Below, one piece after another: positions 24,966 through 39,000 of a stretch of DNA of 62,000 nt. The notes below the pieces were generated by a model. The model saw only the letters and a program-made list of their open reading frames with translations, ran no database searches and was not told where the DNA came from. Each line of letters opens with the position of its first letter. Position 1 is the stretch's first letter. The position numbers and the translations under genes are program-made. Source of the DNA: Chiloscyllium plagiosum. Taxonomy: Eukaryota. Location of the stretch: positions 39,103,143-39,165,142 of the forward strand of contig NC_057718.1 of NCBI RefSeq assembly GCF_004010195.1. Reading direction: 5' to 3'.

Positions 24966-26499
24966 CTTCAATATCTTTGTTTGCATGTTATCCAGTCCCA
25001 GTCCAATGTCAACTTTAAGTACTGACAGCTTATCCACTGCCTCCTTTCTGTTGCTGCACTTCTTCCCCTGTCAATATGACTTGGGATTCAGGTGAATTTG
25101 TGCTGCAAGTCCCAAGAAATAGTTTGTAAAAATTAGACTCATTGGTCTGAATATGGCATCAAAGATACATTTGAAGTTGTACTGGTTAGGTTATGCTTTA
25201 GGCTTTTACTTACACAAATATTATGTAGGCATAAATGTACAATCTTCCACAAAGCAGTGCAACAGACTAAGAAATAAATTTAATTGTTTTTATTTCCATT
25301 AAATGAATTCCTTGACTTATTTAACCTACTGTACTATTATTACAGCTGCAGTGGGCTTATTATTAATACAGTTGCAGTAAGCTCATTAAAATTGCTTATT
25401 TTTCTTACAATGGCGTCCACTTGTTCAGTTGTCTGAATAACCTTACATAAAATTACTAAAAATGAATCTATGAATCTATACCGAACCATATAATAGTTTC
25501 TGAAGTGTGCGTCAGTTTCTTAGTATATTACATACTTTGGGCTGTATAAGGACTTTTAAAATATGCAACTAGTGCACATGGATCTAAGAAAGTGAACGCA
25601 ATTGGAAGAACCTTCCGGAAATATTGCAAAGGGCACAAGCAAAAGTATGAATGTTATGTGCACCTTTGAGTGTGAGATGGATTGCGAAACAGAGACTATT
25701 CATTAGCTATCTATATGACAGAGAATTGAAACTTCAGACTCCATGTTAAGTGAGGAATACTACCTTATATCATGGACATGGAACACATATTGACGGAAAT
25801 CAGCCACACTGATAGTACTGCCATTACAAAACTGGATTAATGACCGGAAAAAATGTGAAACCTTATTTATTATAAATAATAACAGTTGGAAGGAATGATT
25901 TCAAGGCAACAGTTTGAGCTCTAAGCTTTGATGATCGTCAGAAATGATTGGTCTCCTTGCTCCCACTTACACTGACAGCTGAGTTCCTCAATTCCATTTT
26001 GAACTTATAATAACTTCAGGTATCTGGCATACTGTATATCATTGCTGTGATCCTGCTCCTACTATCAGTCCAATTACACAGGGTTCTCTCATTGGGTGTT
26101 TTAACATTCTGAAGACCTGTATGGTGAGATGAAAAATCATGATGGTACAGTTGAAAAATTTCTGCTGATGAATGTTGTTTGCCTTTTAATCACATTATCT
26201 CTGCCATATAAAATCTTGCCAATAATAATTTACAGGTGACATGATTGTTGTATTATTATGATTGAAATATTTGAAATTGAAATTGACATTTTCATTGCAA
26301 TACAGTTAGTTGTTCTTGTTGTGTAATGTTTATCATTATGAAATACAAGAGAATTTGTTTCTGTTGATCAAACTGGTGAATACAAACTGTTTAGAGCATA
26401 GATTTACTGTTGTGTCACAGTAAGTTGAAAAGCAATAAATGAACCCAAGGTGTGATATCATAAATTTTCTGAAGTTATTAATTAGACTGATTCCTGGAA

Positions 26500-26835
26500 T
26501 GAGAATTGTCCTACAAGGAGAGATCATGTAGTCTAGGACCAAATAATGAAAGATTATCTCATTAAAGCACATAAAAATCTTAAGTGGCTTGCCAGCTAGA
26601 TGCTCAGACTTTAATTCCTCTGGCTGGGAAATTAGGCATTGCAGTTTCAGAATAAGAAGTCAGCCAGTTAGGACTGGGATGTGAGAGAATTTCTTCACTC
26701 AGAGGGGTGAAGACAGCTGACGATGCTCAGTCTTGAATATACTAATTAAGGAGCATAAGGATGGTGAAGTTGATGTAGGCGATCAGCCTTGATCTTATTG
26801 AACAGTGGAGCAGGCAGGAAGTACCTATTTTCTTG
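26500..26835 (+). mobile_element. Old CR1 3' fragment
   Basis: GAGAGAATTTCTTCACTCAGAGGG and GATCAGCCTTGATCTTATTGAACAGTGGAGCAGGC. Confidence 0.6.
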
Positions 26836-26924
26836 TAAGGGGCATCCATGGTAATAAACTTGTATCTATGGTAGATCTTCATTAAGTAACAGATAGGCAT
26901 TTCATAGGATCTAGGCCCCAATTT

Positions 26925-27255
26925 TAGTTAACATTAGACTATTAATCTAGAAGCATAGCTAATGTTATGAGGACCTGGGTTCAATTCATGCCATGTCAGA
27001 TTTAAGAATTTGAATCCTGTAAAGAATCTTGAATTCAATAAGGACTCCAATTAAGGGTCATGATGATGACTAAATCTGTTGTCAATTGTTGGAAAACCCA
27101 TCTGGTTCACTAATGTCCTTTAGGAAAGTAAACTGTCATCCTTACCTGGTCTGGCCTACGTATGACTCCACAGCAATGTGGTTGACCATTAATTGCCCTC
27201 TGAGCAATGCTGGCCTAACCAGAGGCAGGCGCATCCTGTCAGTGAATAAAACACC
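26925..27255 (+). mobile_element. tRNA-headed SINE (same family as 9590-9956)
   Basis: GACCTGGGTTCAATTC B box and AAACCCATCTGGTTCACTAATGTCCTTTAGG core. Confidence 0.7.
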
Positions 27256-30094
27256 ATTTTTACCATGACGGAGAGTGTTTCTGTGGCAGTGCTGGAAGAA
27301 ATCTGGGACTCCAATTCACTACTGTTTGTTTGGATCAGCAGCAAACTGTTTTGGGGAACTGGGTTGCCATGATATGGTCCGAGTTCTCAGGGGATGTGGA
27401 ATGGGGTGTTGTGTAACCATTTGGAGCAAGGGGTTACTTAGGTATTTTGAGACTGTGATGAAGATTGTTTGAATAAGATGCATAAACCCCTTGGAACCAT
27501 CCTACATGTCAAGATGCATCTAGAAGTGTCAGCAAGCATCAACAAGTGTCAAACTGTTAAGAATTGTCAGCAAGTGTCAAAATGTATTTTTATGAACGAT
27601 AGTGCCTTTCTCAATAGAGAATCTACAAACTGAACTTTAAGTAATATAGTTATATCTTTCTCCTACATAATGGAGGATACTCACTGAGTTGGCAAGAAGT
27701 GGGAAAGAGAGCCATGAGAGGTGGTAGAGGGGCATATGGTATAATGGGAGATATGAGGGCCTGCATTGCACTGTGTTGTTTTATGAGGGTTTCTGGATAT
27801 GGGTAGAAGATAGGTTGCGTGGGTTAGCATGAGTAGGACATAGGGAGTATATCAGGATGAAGGGGAGTGAATAGGAGGTGTGGAGGAGGTAAAGCAACCT
27901 TTGGGATTGTAAAAAGGCATGTTGTGCATAAAAAGTACATAAACACAATAATATTGCCAAAGTTTGAAGGAACTGCCTTAAAAGAAATATGTGAATTAAA
28001 CTAACACCATGATAGGCATTTCAATGCCTGTCCGTATAGCTATTATAGGATTTGAGCTAATTTACTGATCTCCCAACATTTTCACAACAGGGCATCTATT
28101 AAGTGAGCATTTTGATGGAAAGCTCCATTATTGAATGGAAATGTTTGTTACATAGGAGATTGCGTTTTTAAAAGTAAAGCACTTAAATTAAATGTTTGTT
28201 TTCATAAGGGATTAGTTGAAGAATTTTAAGCTATTGCTTTTTCTTATCAGTTATAAATTTGTTTCCCTAACTGATGACATCATCAGCATGCTGCATGTTG
28301 TTTGCCCATGGTGAGTTGGCATCGAGAGGGAAGAGCAAAGGGTGGTGGGTGGAGGGTATGAATTGGCATAGATTGGAATGAGTTTGGATAGAGGTTATAA
28401 ATGGTCTGTGGGGATTGTGAAAATATTGTGTTTGCGGGGCTATTGAGGATGGATAATGGGTATACATACAGGAGTTATAAACAGCTGAGGGAATAGATAA
28501 ATGAATATAGGTTGGCACAAGAGCAATAAAAGGATACAGAGGGTGAGTAAATCAGCATAGAGTGGCTTTGATGGGGCATTGGCAGAATGTAGGATGAGAC
28601 GGAGTCATGAGGAGGGATGCCTGATGTTTTAGTTGTTGTTTCTAAGCTTTGACCAAAGTGCTTGGAGCCCCAAGTAGGCTTTCCACCCAGTCTGCATCAG
28701 GAACTGGCAGCCTTCTAGATTCTTCGCAGTTTGCAGTGCAACCTACAGCTTCTTTCCAAAGATGGTAAGTGTGAGCACTCATCTATAAAGGTCAGGTTCG
28801 CAGAGGGTGGATTTTTCCCAACTTTATGCATCCAACCCGGGAATGAAAATCAAGTTTAGTGTTTAGCTATAGCTTATAAATGCAAGACATATGGAGGGTG
28901 AGATAGATGGCCCAATCTTGGTCCTATTTCCTTTGTTCAAACAAAATAAACAAGTCTCTTTAGTCGGTCATATTTCAAAAGATCAGAAATCTCACATTTT
29001 AGAAACCATTAATGAATTTCTGAGAAAATAGATTAAGTTGGAGTAGAATTTAATGACTTTTAATAATGGCTTTAATTGCCGTTTGACTCTGTCATCTAAA
29101 GTTATAATATAAACTGAATAAGCTCATCAGTAAAGGAAAAATGATTGTGAATCTTTGTTGCTTCTAGTTGATTAACTGATTAATTTATTTTCTGACTGCA
29201 GCCCATTCAGCAGCGTGAATTGCTCACAATAGCAGTTCTATAATAGTTGTCTTTTAGATCCAAGTAATATGTAAATAAAAAGTCTGAAACAGGCATATGC
29301 GGAAGTGAGTAAAATACATTTCTCTGAATGTTTTCATAACTATGTAAATGATTCAAATTGAATGTCATGTCAACAGCTTACATTTAGTGCCCAGAATAAA
29401 AACCTTGACATACTTCGTTGATAGTCTGAGGCTCTGAACCTGGTAAGATGAGGTTATTGCCTTCTTCCATAGGAATGCTTTACTTAATAGACTGCCGGTA
29501 GGTTGTTGTGGATTTAAATTACCACTTAAAAGCACAAGTGGTGTGACTGCATGGATAAGAAGGTGAAGGTAGTGTCAAGTATGAAATGGGTATTGTGTTC
29601 ATTCATATATAGACCTGTAGCAAATAATTTTACACTTTTGAAGCAGTGTTATTATAGTGCAGAAGAAAGCCAATCTGATAGGATGCATATCTGTGATCAT
29701 GGTAAGCTGCACGACCTGGTAATGCCTAGGGGCATTGGGATGCTCTTTGGAGGGTCGGTGCAGACTCGATGGGCTGAATGGCCTCCATCTGCACTATAGG
29801 GATTTTGTGACTGTGGCATACCTAATAATTTTTCAATCAAGACCGACATAAATAAAAGCTGGGAGGACAGCACCTCTATTCCAGCAGCATCACTTTGAGG
29901 AATGACATAACACTAGAGGGTTTAACAGAAATTTTAAAAAAGTATAGATCCAAATAATTTTATTAAGAAACATGACCAATGACTTAACTGATATTTACCA
30001 TTACATTTCTCCCTGATCATCTCAAACAATCTCTCATCTACATAGAACTGTGCATATCTCCATTTATAAAAGTGTTTTCATAAGCATGTTTTCA

Positions 30095-30740
30095 AAAAAA
30101 AAATCTTTCTTGGACTGTGGGCATCACTGTCATGGCCAGCTTTCTTGTTCATCCCTAATTGCCCTTGAGAAGGTATTGGTGAGCCACCTTCTTGCAGTCC
30201 ATGTGATATAGATATAGGCTGTACAGGAAATAGAGTTTCAAATCAGGATGATGTGTGGCTCAGAGAGAATCTTGCAGTTGGAGTTGCTTCCATGTGCCTG
30301 CTGCCCTTGTGTTTCTAGGTGGCAGAGGTCACAGGGTTAGAAGTTGCTTTAAAAGGAACTTTGGCAAGTTGTTACAGAGAATCTTGAAGATGGTACACAC
30401 TATTGTCATTGTGAACTGGACGTAGAGAAGGTGATTGTTTAAGGTGGTGGATAAAGTGCTGATTGATCAGGCTACATTTTCCTGTATTGTGTTGATTGTG
30501 TGTGGCTGGAGTCACACTCATCTGAGCAACTGAAGAGAATTCCATAACATTCTTGCTTTGTGCCTGTGGATCATGGACAAGTACCTGGGGAGTCAGAAGA
30601 TAGATACATATAACAGAATTCCCAATCTCTAACCTGCTGTTATAGTATTTATGTCCAGATCAGTTCCTGGCCAATGGTGAACCTCCAAGACATTGATGGT
30701 AGGGAAATCAGTGATGGTAATGTCATTGAATGTCCAGGGG
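30095..30740 (-). mobile_element. Degenerate LINE 3' end (same family as 6815-8640)
   Basis: ATCCCTAATTGCCCTTGAGAAGG...GGTAATGTCATTGAATGTC parallels 6870-7530. Confidence 0.6.
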
Positions 30741-31339
30741 AGTATGAGATAGTTAAATTGCAACATTAGGAGCAACTCGCTGCATCATTCATGCATTTGC
30801 CAAAAGGCAAGGTGAGTTTCTAACTAGGCAGCAGCAAGCTGCCAATTAGCTTGTTAATTGCCTAATTAATGCTGCAACTCACTTCATTAATATCTTACCA
30901 AATGTGCCAAACAAGCTAGCTGTTGAGAATTCTCAAAATGGAAATCAGAGTGGAAGGAGTTGAATAAATACTTTGCGTCAGTTTTCACACTAGAAGACAC
31001 TAATAGCATTCCAAAAATTCTAATTAGTCAGGTGCAAATGAAGAGGAAATAAGTGCATTAATTATCACGAGAGCAAAGGATTAAGTAAACTGAAAGAGAG
31101 TGACATGGCTGTGATTGCTGATGCTGGTGGCAGAGAAGTGATAAGGTGACCTGAGTGTGTAAGTAGGCAGTGCAGAGGCGATACAGAGTTAATGGTGAGG
31201 GAGATAGGAGGGTTGAGAATAAATTTAGAGAGATGATGTTGAAGGCAATTGGTAAACCGCAGAACATGAGTCGTGGTGGACGGTGGGAGTGGTAGCAGAG
31301 ATTGTGTGAGTATGGGATGGCAGAGGGAACATTACGGCA

Positions 31340-31560
31340 CTTATCCTGGTGGAGCAGAAGAAGGTAATTGAGCTTCTTTATGGCACTCTAGCCATTCCTT
31401 CACACCATGAGAACACACTGACCCAATAAGCTACCTCAGACTGGACTGTCCGGGTCTGGTGGTGTGGCCTTTTCTGCCAGTTTTGCATAAAGAAGAGCCC
31501 CTCATTTACATCACCCCAACAGCAGGACCTCCAGGTCCCTCTTGGGAAATCATGGGACAA
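31340..31560 (-). mobile_element. PIF/Harbinger Myb/SANT (NAIF1/MSANTD-like) coding remnant
   Basis: Frameshifted minus translation FPKRDLEVLL...WQKRPHHQTRTVQSEVAYWVS...WLECHK. Confidence 0.55.
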
Positions 31561-32109
31561 CTTGACAACTTGACACTTGCCAAGGTTCTGACACTGTCTT
31601 TGCACTGTCTCAGTCACTGAGCAGGGCAGCTTCGGAATGCCAGTGCTCATCTGGGTGTACAGCAGTATTTCAAAGATGGTGCAGGCAGCAAAGATGCTGG
31701 TTTTCCAATGGATATCTGCAGCATGGTGAGTTCTTCTAGGAATGATACATGATAAGGTCAGGATGGAATCAGACATAAGCAATGTCATAGGAGTGGGGTA
31801 GGCAGCAAATGAAATGAATTTGGTGTGATATGGCAATAAATCTTGTCAAGCCTCATGACAAGAAACCATCCAAAAAACTCAATGCTGCTTGCACTTGGGC
31901 AACAGAATATAAAATTCAGCCTTATATAGTGGTGGCCTAGACCCATCACAATTGTGTGGATAAAAGATGTCCACTTCAACAGCAGTACCATAATGGTCTT
32001 TGGATATTGGTAACCTATTTACTAACATGCCACTCTAAGAACCAATTAAAATCTGCACCAGATCACTAGATTATTACAATCTAAATGCCAGAACTGGGTC
32101 AGTCATCTT

Positions 32110-32295
32110 TCAGTTGAAAAGTGTGGCACTGGAAAAGCACAGCAAGTCAGACAACATCCGAGTAACAGGAGAGTTGATGTTTTGGGCATAAGCACTTCAT
32201 CACGAATGTGGGTGGGGGGGAGCGGGTGGAGTGGGGCAGGCTGAGACATAAATGGGGTTGAGGGGCTAGGGGGAATGTAGCTGGGAAGGAATTTA
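32110..32295 (-). mobile_element. Penelope family-1 tail with a decayed hammerhead
   Basis: Minus strand CATTCGTGATGAAGTGCTTATGCCCAAAACATCAAC...GACTTGCTGTGCTTTTCCAGTGCCACAC. Confidence 0.75.
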
Positions 32296-33684
32296 GTAGA
32301 CAATTGTGGGTCAATATGCACTTCAGTACTAATAAAGCCCACGAAAATTTGGTGTCACGACATTGAACATATAGCCAGAATTGCATCTGAGTTGTGTAGT
32401 TACTATATCATCTCAGGGCACTTTTAATTTTCTAAGGAGCCAACTGTAAATAGGCATTAGACTCTTTAAATATGTAAATATTTCAAAATGAGTAAAATTC
32501 GGAAACTAACTCCACTTATGCCTAGTTTTGCCAGGTATTAAGCAATCTAGCCAGCAATCTTTAAAGACGAAAAAAAGAGTTTCGGCAAATGTTTTAATCT
32601 CTGGGGCAGGAAGAATCAGGAGTAAATACAGATATCCAGAGAGAAAACAATTCTGTTTTTCAGTAAGGTAGGCTTGACAGTTATTTCTATTGTCGCTATT
32701 CTTTTGTCCAAACTGCTGAAGCATTTACTATATCCTTATTTCATTTTGTTAGTTATTTCACCACTAAACCTTTTACTTTCAAGTCAGATTATTGTAATAA
32801 TATTTGGGCAGTAATCAAAGGATAATGGTAGCACTTGGCATTAAAGTTGCATTGCTTTGCCTAAAATAAGTATATTATTAATGCTGGCATTAAATTAAAC
32901 TTGGTGAACAAATGCTGGAATTATACAAACAAATCCATATACAACTGAAAATGACTCATTAAATGTTTGCTAGTGACTCTGGGTCTACTTAGGCTGATAT
33001 AAAATAAGATACAAAATGCCAGCACAGGGAAGCTAGAGCACCAGTTGTGACCAGCCAGATCTGGTGGGATGGGAATAGACTGGCAGCTATCTTGAGCTGA
33101 ATGTTAGGCACAGCCTGGGAAAGAATGTAGTAAGTGAATGATTGTGAACAGGGCCATCAAAAAGCTGGCAGTTCCCAAAGTCATATTGATGAAACTAAGA
33201 GGAACACTCCTTTTCCTTCTCACTTCACCAAAGTGCAATGGTTAGTTCCTGGGTATTGGTGGACAGCAGTTGCACTAATCTCTGTGAAGTGTTTTGCAGT
33301 GGCCTACTGTGAAGCCTTTGCTGTATTCGAGTCACCTTTCTGATATGGAAGAGTAAACTTATGAACAATTACAACAGGGAATTACAAATTTTAACTATTT
33401 GTTAAAGAATTTAATGGCATTCAACAGGTATTACCAATTGTTCAATATCACAAATTGATAACAAATTTGCATTGAGTGGCTTTTGAAGAGCAATAACATG
33501 GTAGTTTTAAAACCAATACCTATACCTGTTTTGCAAAAGGTATAATTCTGTACAGCCTGGTGATCTGTTATTCTTTACTTAAATTATGGGTGTCAGTGAA
33601 GCTTACCATATTCCTCTATTCATTGTTGTGAGATCTTCCATTGTCCGGTAGTTTGTTGTAAACCCTTTTCTACTCGCATTAGAG

Positions 33685-34385
33685 ATCTCCGTGACTACCT
33701 TGTCAGGTCCATGCGCCCCCAACAACCCATCCTCCCGTCCTGGCACCTTCCCCTACCACCACAGGAATTGCAAAACCTGCACCCACACCACCTCCCTCAC
33801 CTCCATTCAAGGCCCCAAAGGAGCCTTCCACATCCATCAAAGTTTTACCTGCACATCCACCAATATCATTTATTGTATCCGTTGCTCCCGATGCGGTCTC
33901 CTCTACATTGGGGAGACTGGACGCCTCCTAGCAGAGCGCTTTAGGGACCATCTCTGGGACACCCGCACCAATCAACCACACCGCCTTGTGGCCCAACATT
34001 TCAACTCCCCCTCCCACTCAGCCAAGGACATGCATGTCCTAGGCCTCTTCCACCGCCGCTCCCTCACCACCCGATGCCTGGAGGAAGAACGCCTCATCTT
34101 CCGCCTCGGAACACTTCAACCCCAGGGCATCAATGTGGACTTCACCAGTTTCCTCATTTCCCCTTCCCCCACCTCACCCCAGTTCCAAACTTCCAGCTCA
34201 GCACTGTTCCCATGACTGTCCTACCTGCCTATCTCCTTTTCCACCTATCCACTCTTTATCTCTCTACCCTTCAGGCACTCTGCCTGTATTCCTGATGAAG
34301 GGCTTTTGCCCAAAACATTGATTTTCCTGCTCCTTGGATGCTGCCTGACCTGCTGTACTTTTCCAGCACCACTCTAACCTAGATT
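33685..34385 (+). mobile_element. 5'-truncated Penelope-like element (Neptune-type): Cys linker, GIY-YIG endonuclease and hammerhead-bearing 3' pLTR
   Basis: Open frame 33691-34215 has CKTC, FTCTSTNIIYCIRCSRCGLLYIGETGR, VAQHFNSPSH and LGTLQPQGIN. Then ATTCCTGATGAAGGGCTTTTGCCCAAAACATTGA (34288-34321) and the shared tail. Confidence 0.92.
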
Positions 34386-34789
34386 GTGAATTTGACTTAG
34401 CTTCATCATGTTAATTATTGGTTCCTTTATTTTCAGCCTGTTTGGTGGACAAATGTCTTTCTAGTTACTGCTACTGATGGTCTTTGTAGGCTGGTTTGAA
34501 AAAGCATTATTCATATGTTTCTAAATTCCCTTGTTACAACAACAGTTTAAATTCTTATAATTCCTTTAATGTAATACAACCTCACAATAGCATTATCAAA
34601 CGAACTACCATATTGAGCCTCCTAAAGAGATATCAGAGCAGACAACTCATAATGTGGTTGAAGATGTAAGTGTTAAGAAGCCTCTTAAAGTTAGATAGTG
34701 GGATATGTCTCTTTACTGCAGCATTCTGCTATGTCTCTCTCCATTTGTGTAGTATACTGCTTACTTTTCCTCCTGCAAAAAAACACAAC

Positions 34790-36060
34790 CTCAAATTCCT
34801 CATCATTCTGGTACCAAAGAAAACACATGCAACATGCTTCAATGACTACTGCCCTGTGGCGCTGACCTCCATAATCATGAAGTGCTTCGAGAGGCTAGTC
34901 ATGTCCCACATTAACTCCAGCCTCCCATGATCCCTTGTTATTTGCCTAGCGGCAGAACAAGTCCATGGCTGATGCCATTGCCCTAGCCCTACACTCATCC
35001 CTGGAACATCTAGATAATAAGAATACCTACGTCAGGCTTCTACTTATTGACTACAATACAGCCTCCAACACTATAATCCCTACCAAACTAATCTCCAAAC
35101 TCCAAGACCTATGTCTCAGCTTTGCCCTCTGCAGTTGGATCCTCAGCTTCCTAATCAACAGACAGCAACCAGTGAAGAGAGACAACTGCACCTCCTCCAC
35201 GATAATCCTCAACACCAGTAAGGAAGCGTACTCAGCCCCATACTGTACTCCCTGACGACTGTGTGGCCAAATGTCGTCCAAACACCATCTACGAGTTTGC
35301 TGTCAAACAACGATAAGACTGAATACAGGAAGGAGATAGAGTGATTGGTGTCATGGTGCAACAATAACAATCTCTCGCTCAATGTCAGCAAAATTAAAGA
35401 GCTGATCATTGACTTCAGGAAGAAAGGAGGAGGACACTCCCCTATCTGCATCAATGAAGCTAAGATGGAGAGGGTTGAGAGCATTTAGTTCCTGGGAGTA
35501 ACTATGCCTAACAGTTTGTCCAGGACCACTCATGTAGGTGTGATGGTCAAGACGGCACAATAATGTCTCCTCCTCTTCAGGAGACTAAGGGAACTTGGCA
35601 TGTTCATTAAGACCCTCACCAACCTTTGCAGATGAACCATAGAAAGCAATTTAGCTGGATGCATCATGGCTTGGCACTGCAACTGTTCTGCCCAGGACAG
35701 TAAAAAACTATGGAAAGTTGTGAATACAGCCCAGATTATCACGCAAACCCACCTCCCATCCATTGACTCCATCCACACTTCTCATTGCTGCGGAAAAGCA
35801 GCCAACATCGTCAAAGATCCCTCCAACCCCAGTTATAATCTCTTTCAACCTTTCCCATCAGGCAGAAGATACAAAAGCTTAAAGACATGAACCAATAGAT
35901 TGAAGAACAGCTTCTTCCCTCCGTTATTAGACAGCTGAATGGACCTCTCTAATTTTGAGAGGTTTCTACATGTCCTTCTATATTATGATCTTCCTGTACG
36001 ACATGCAAAATAAAACTTCACTGTACCTAGGTACATATGACAACAATAAATCAAATCAAA
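34790..36060 (+). mobile_element. Rex1/Babar-type LINE, 5'-truncated and degenerate
   Basis: PKK...[48 protein letters not shown], and LFQPFPSGRRYKS. Tail GACAACAATAAATCAAATCAAA. Confidence 0.85.
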
Positions 36061-36069
36061 ACAAATTTG

Positions 36070-39000
36070 CCCACATGATCCTGCATCTGGCAATTTTTTC
36101 CCATTCATGTAATCTGTCTGGTGTTTTTCAGACTCTTTGTATCCTCCTCACAGCTTGCACTCTTGCCAATCATTGTATTGATAGAAAATTTGGCTGCAGT
36201 ACTGTCGGTCCTTTCATCTAAATCATTAATATAGATTGTAAACAGTGAGGAACAGCACCAATCTCTATGGCACTCCATTCAATTTGAAAATGATAGATGA
36301 TAGGTTAAGTGACTTAAAATTTCCTGTTTTCTGTCACCATGCTTTCTTGCATAAAGGAGTTGAATCTTGCAATTTTTCAATCAACTATGACATTTCCAGA
36401 ATCTAAGGAATTTTGAAATCTAACATCCAACTAATCCAGTATCTCTACAACTTTTTCTTTCCTGTGTTTGTGATGCAAATAATCAGGTCTTTAGTCTAAT
36501 TTGCTCTATTTTTCTCTAGTGATAGGAATTGTTTTACTTTCCTCTTTCCCTTTTGGTTTTGATTTTCTTCCAATTTTGGAATGTTTCTGGTGTTTTCTCC
36601 TGTGAAGATAGATTCAAAGTCTCTGCTATTTCCTTGCTTCCCATTATTAAATCCACAGTCTCACCCTCCAAAGAACAAGTGCTCATTTTTGTTAGTTGTT
36701 TCCTATTTATGTACTTATAGATGAATTCACTGTTTGTATGTTTCATGATGGATTTCTGTCATCCCATCTAACCTTCTTTTGTCATTCTTTCCTGGCCATC
36801 CATAACTTCCTTAGTTAGCCACAGATGGTGCAATCTCCTTGTAGACTTCTTTCTCAATGAAACATATTGTTGATGACAATTAAGAATTATCTCCTTAACT
36901 GTTTGCCATTCCTTCCCTAACATCTTACTTTGTAACCCATTTTTCCATTCCACTTTAGCCAACTCTGTCTTCTTAACCTTATGTTTGAGACTCTAGTTTC
37001 AAACCCACATTTCTCACCATCAAACTGAAATTCTATCATGTGATCACTTTTGCCAGGTGAATCCTTTACTATGAGGTCATTAATTAAACCTGGCTAATTA
37101 ATGTAAAAGTATGGTATCATTTTATTTTCTGAATTTTAGATTAGGGGTTAATATGGAAAAATGGAAGTTTTAAAATAAAGAAGTTTGTAAGGAATTTCTG
37201 AAATTACTGAAGTTCATTATGTGTGATATTTACATTGCTGCTTTGTTTAAGCAATGTGAGACTTGGCTGGTAACATGTAGTTTATTGGTTTGTGCAATTT
37301 TGACCAGACATAAATACAAAGGTCATCAGCCTGCTGACAATTCTCTGATTGGTTCCTGGGCAGATGAACAGTTTTTTAGGTATGAGCAATTCAGTGAGAA
37401 GCCCTTGAACTGTTGGAAGGGCAGGTGATTTAACTGTTTCTCTCTCTGTAGTGTAATACCTGAAGCCTGAAAAAAGCCAGATTTTCTCCCACCAGTTGCT
37501 GTAAGCTGTTGGTTTAGTCAGAAACAATCACCCAGTGCCTCCTGCGAAAAAGTGAAAGAAGCCAGCAAAAGGAGATTGAAGATAAGAAAGTCTTGGCAAC
37601 CAAAATTATTGTCCCAATGAATTCTGTGGACTGGTGCTATTGAATTCTGCTTTCCAATTTTTTTCTCTCCACCCATAAATACTACTTTAATTGTTTGTGT
37701 TTTTATTTTTGGGATTTTGTTTTAAAAGAGACTGAGATTTGTTTAACAAGTAGAGCCGTACATTGATCATTCATAGCTGTTTATTTATGATTAGAATTTA
37801 CTTAATAATAATTTCTGTTTGTTACAAATAAATACAGGAACCAGATCAATGTTTTCTGTGAACTCGATTCAAGCGAACAGGTAAACTAGGGACTTCGCAT
37901 ACTTTGATTAAATCCTTAATTTTTTTAGCAACCCAGGAGTAGCAGGACTTGAGAATTAGTGCACTTTGCTGAGCAGATCTTAACATTCTTTATTCTAGTC
38001 AAAAATATCTTGTTGCTTGGTATATTGTTCTCAGAAGTTGTTCCAAATATAATTTATGATTTCATCCTCTGATCTGTGTTTTCCAATTTGATTCATCCAA
38101 TTTATTTCAGATTAAAATTCCTCATAATTATTTCAATTCCTTTTTTACAAGCCCACGTTATTACTTTGTTTACACTCTATCCTGCAATATCGTTATTACA
38201 CTGAGGACCTATAATGTACCCAGACAAGTGCTTTAATTCCTTTTCTTATCATTCATTTTTATTTCTTATCTAAGCTGATTCTATATCTTGATCCTCTGAA
38301 TGAAGATCATTTCTCATTGCTCTACTGAATATCCTTTATTAACTGAGCTTTCCCTCCCTTTTTCCCAGACATTTCAAAATGCCCAATACTGTTAAGGATT
38401 TAGGTCTCAACCATGGTCATTTGCAGTCATGTCTCTGTGATGGCTATCATAATCATCATCATTTACTTCTATTTGTGCAATCAACGTTTCCAAATTGTAA
38501 CAATGACCATGTGCTTACAGATACAGAGCCTTAATTCTGTCTTCTTACAATATTTCCCTATCCAGACCTCATTTTCTGAGGCATTGTTATGTTCGAATAC
38601 TCTGTTCCTTCTTCTACCCTGCACTATTGTCTTGTCCTTTAACTTTCCAAATGTTCCCTTGTCTTAATTTTTCCCCTTCCCCTCTCCACACAAAAAAAGG
38701 GTTGCTTTAAAAAACAGTTCACTAGGACACTGATCTCAGCATGGTTCAACTGCAGACAACCCCTATAGTATTGGTCCCTCTTTCTCAATACTCATGTCAG
38801 TTCCCCATGAATCAGACCTATTTCTCCCATACCAATGTTTTAAGACACTCATTCAACTTTCTGATATTGTCTACCCTATACCAGTTTGACTCAGGTAGTA
38901 ATTCAAATATCATTACCTCTGTGGTTCTGATTTTATTTAAATTTAGCCCATAGTTGCTGATACTCCCTTAGTAGATCCTCTTTTTAGTCTTACCTGTGTC

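Noticed and set aside
33691..34215. Domesticated GIY-YIG host gene
   Set aside because: It has a GTG start at a truncation point, no splice context, and is followed directly by the PLE tail.
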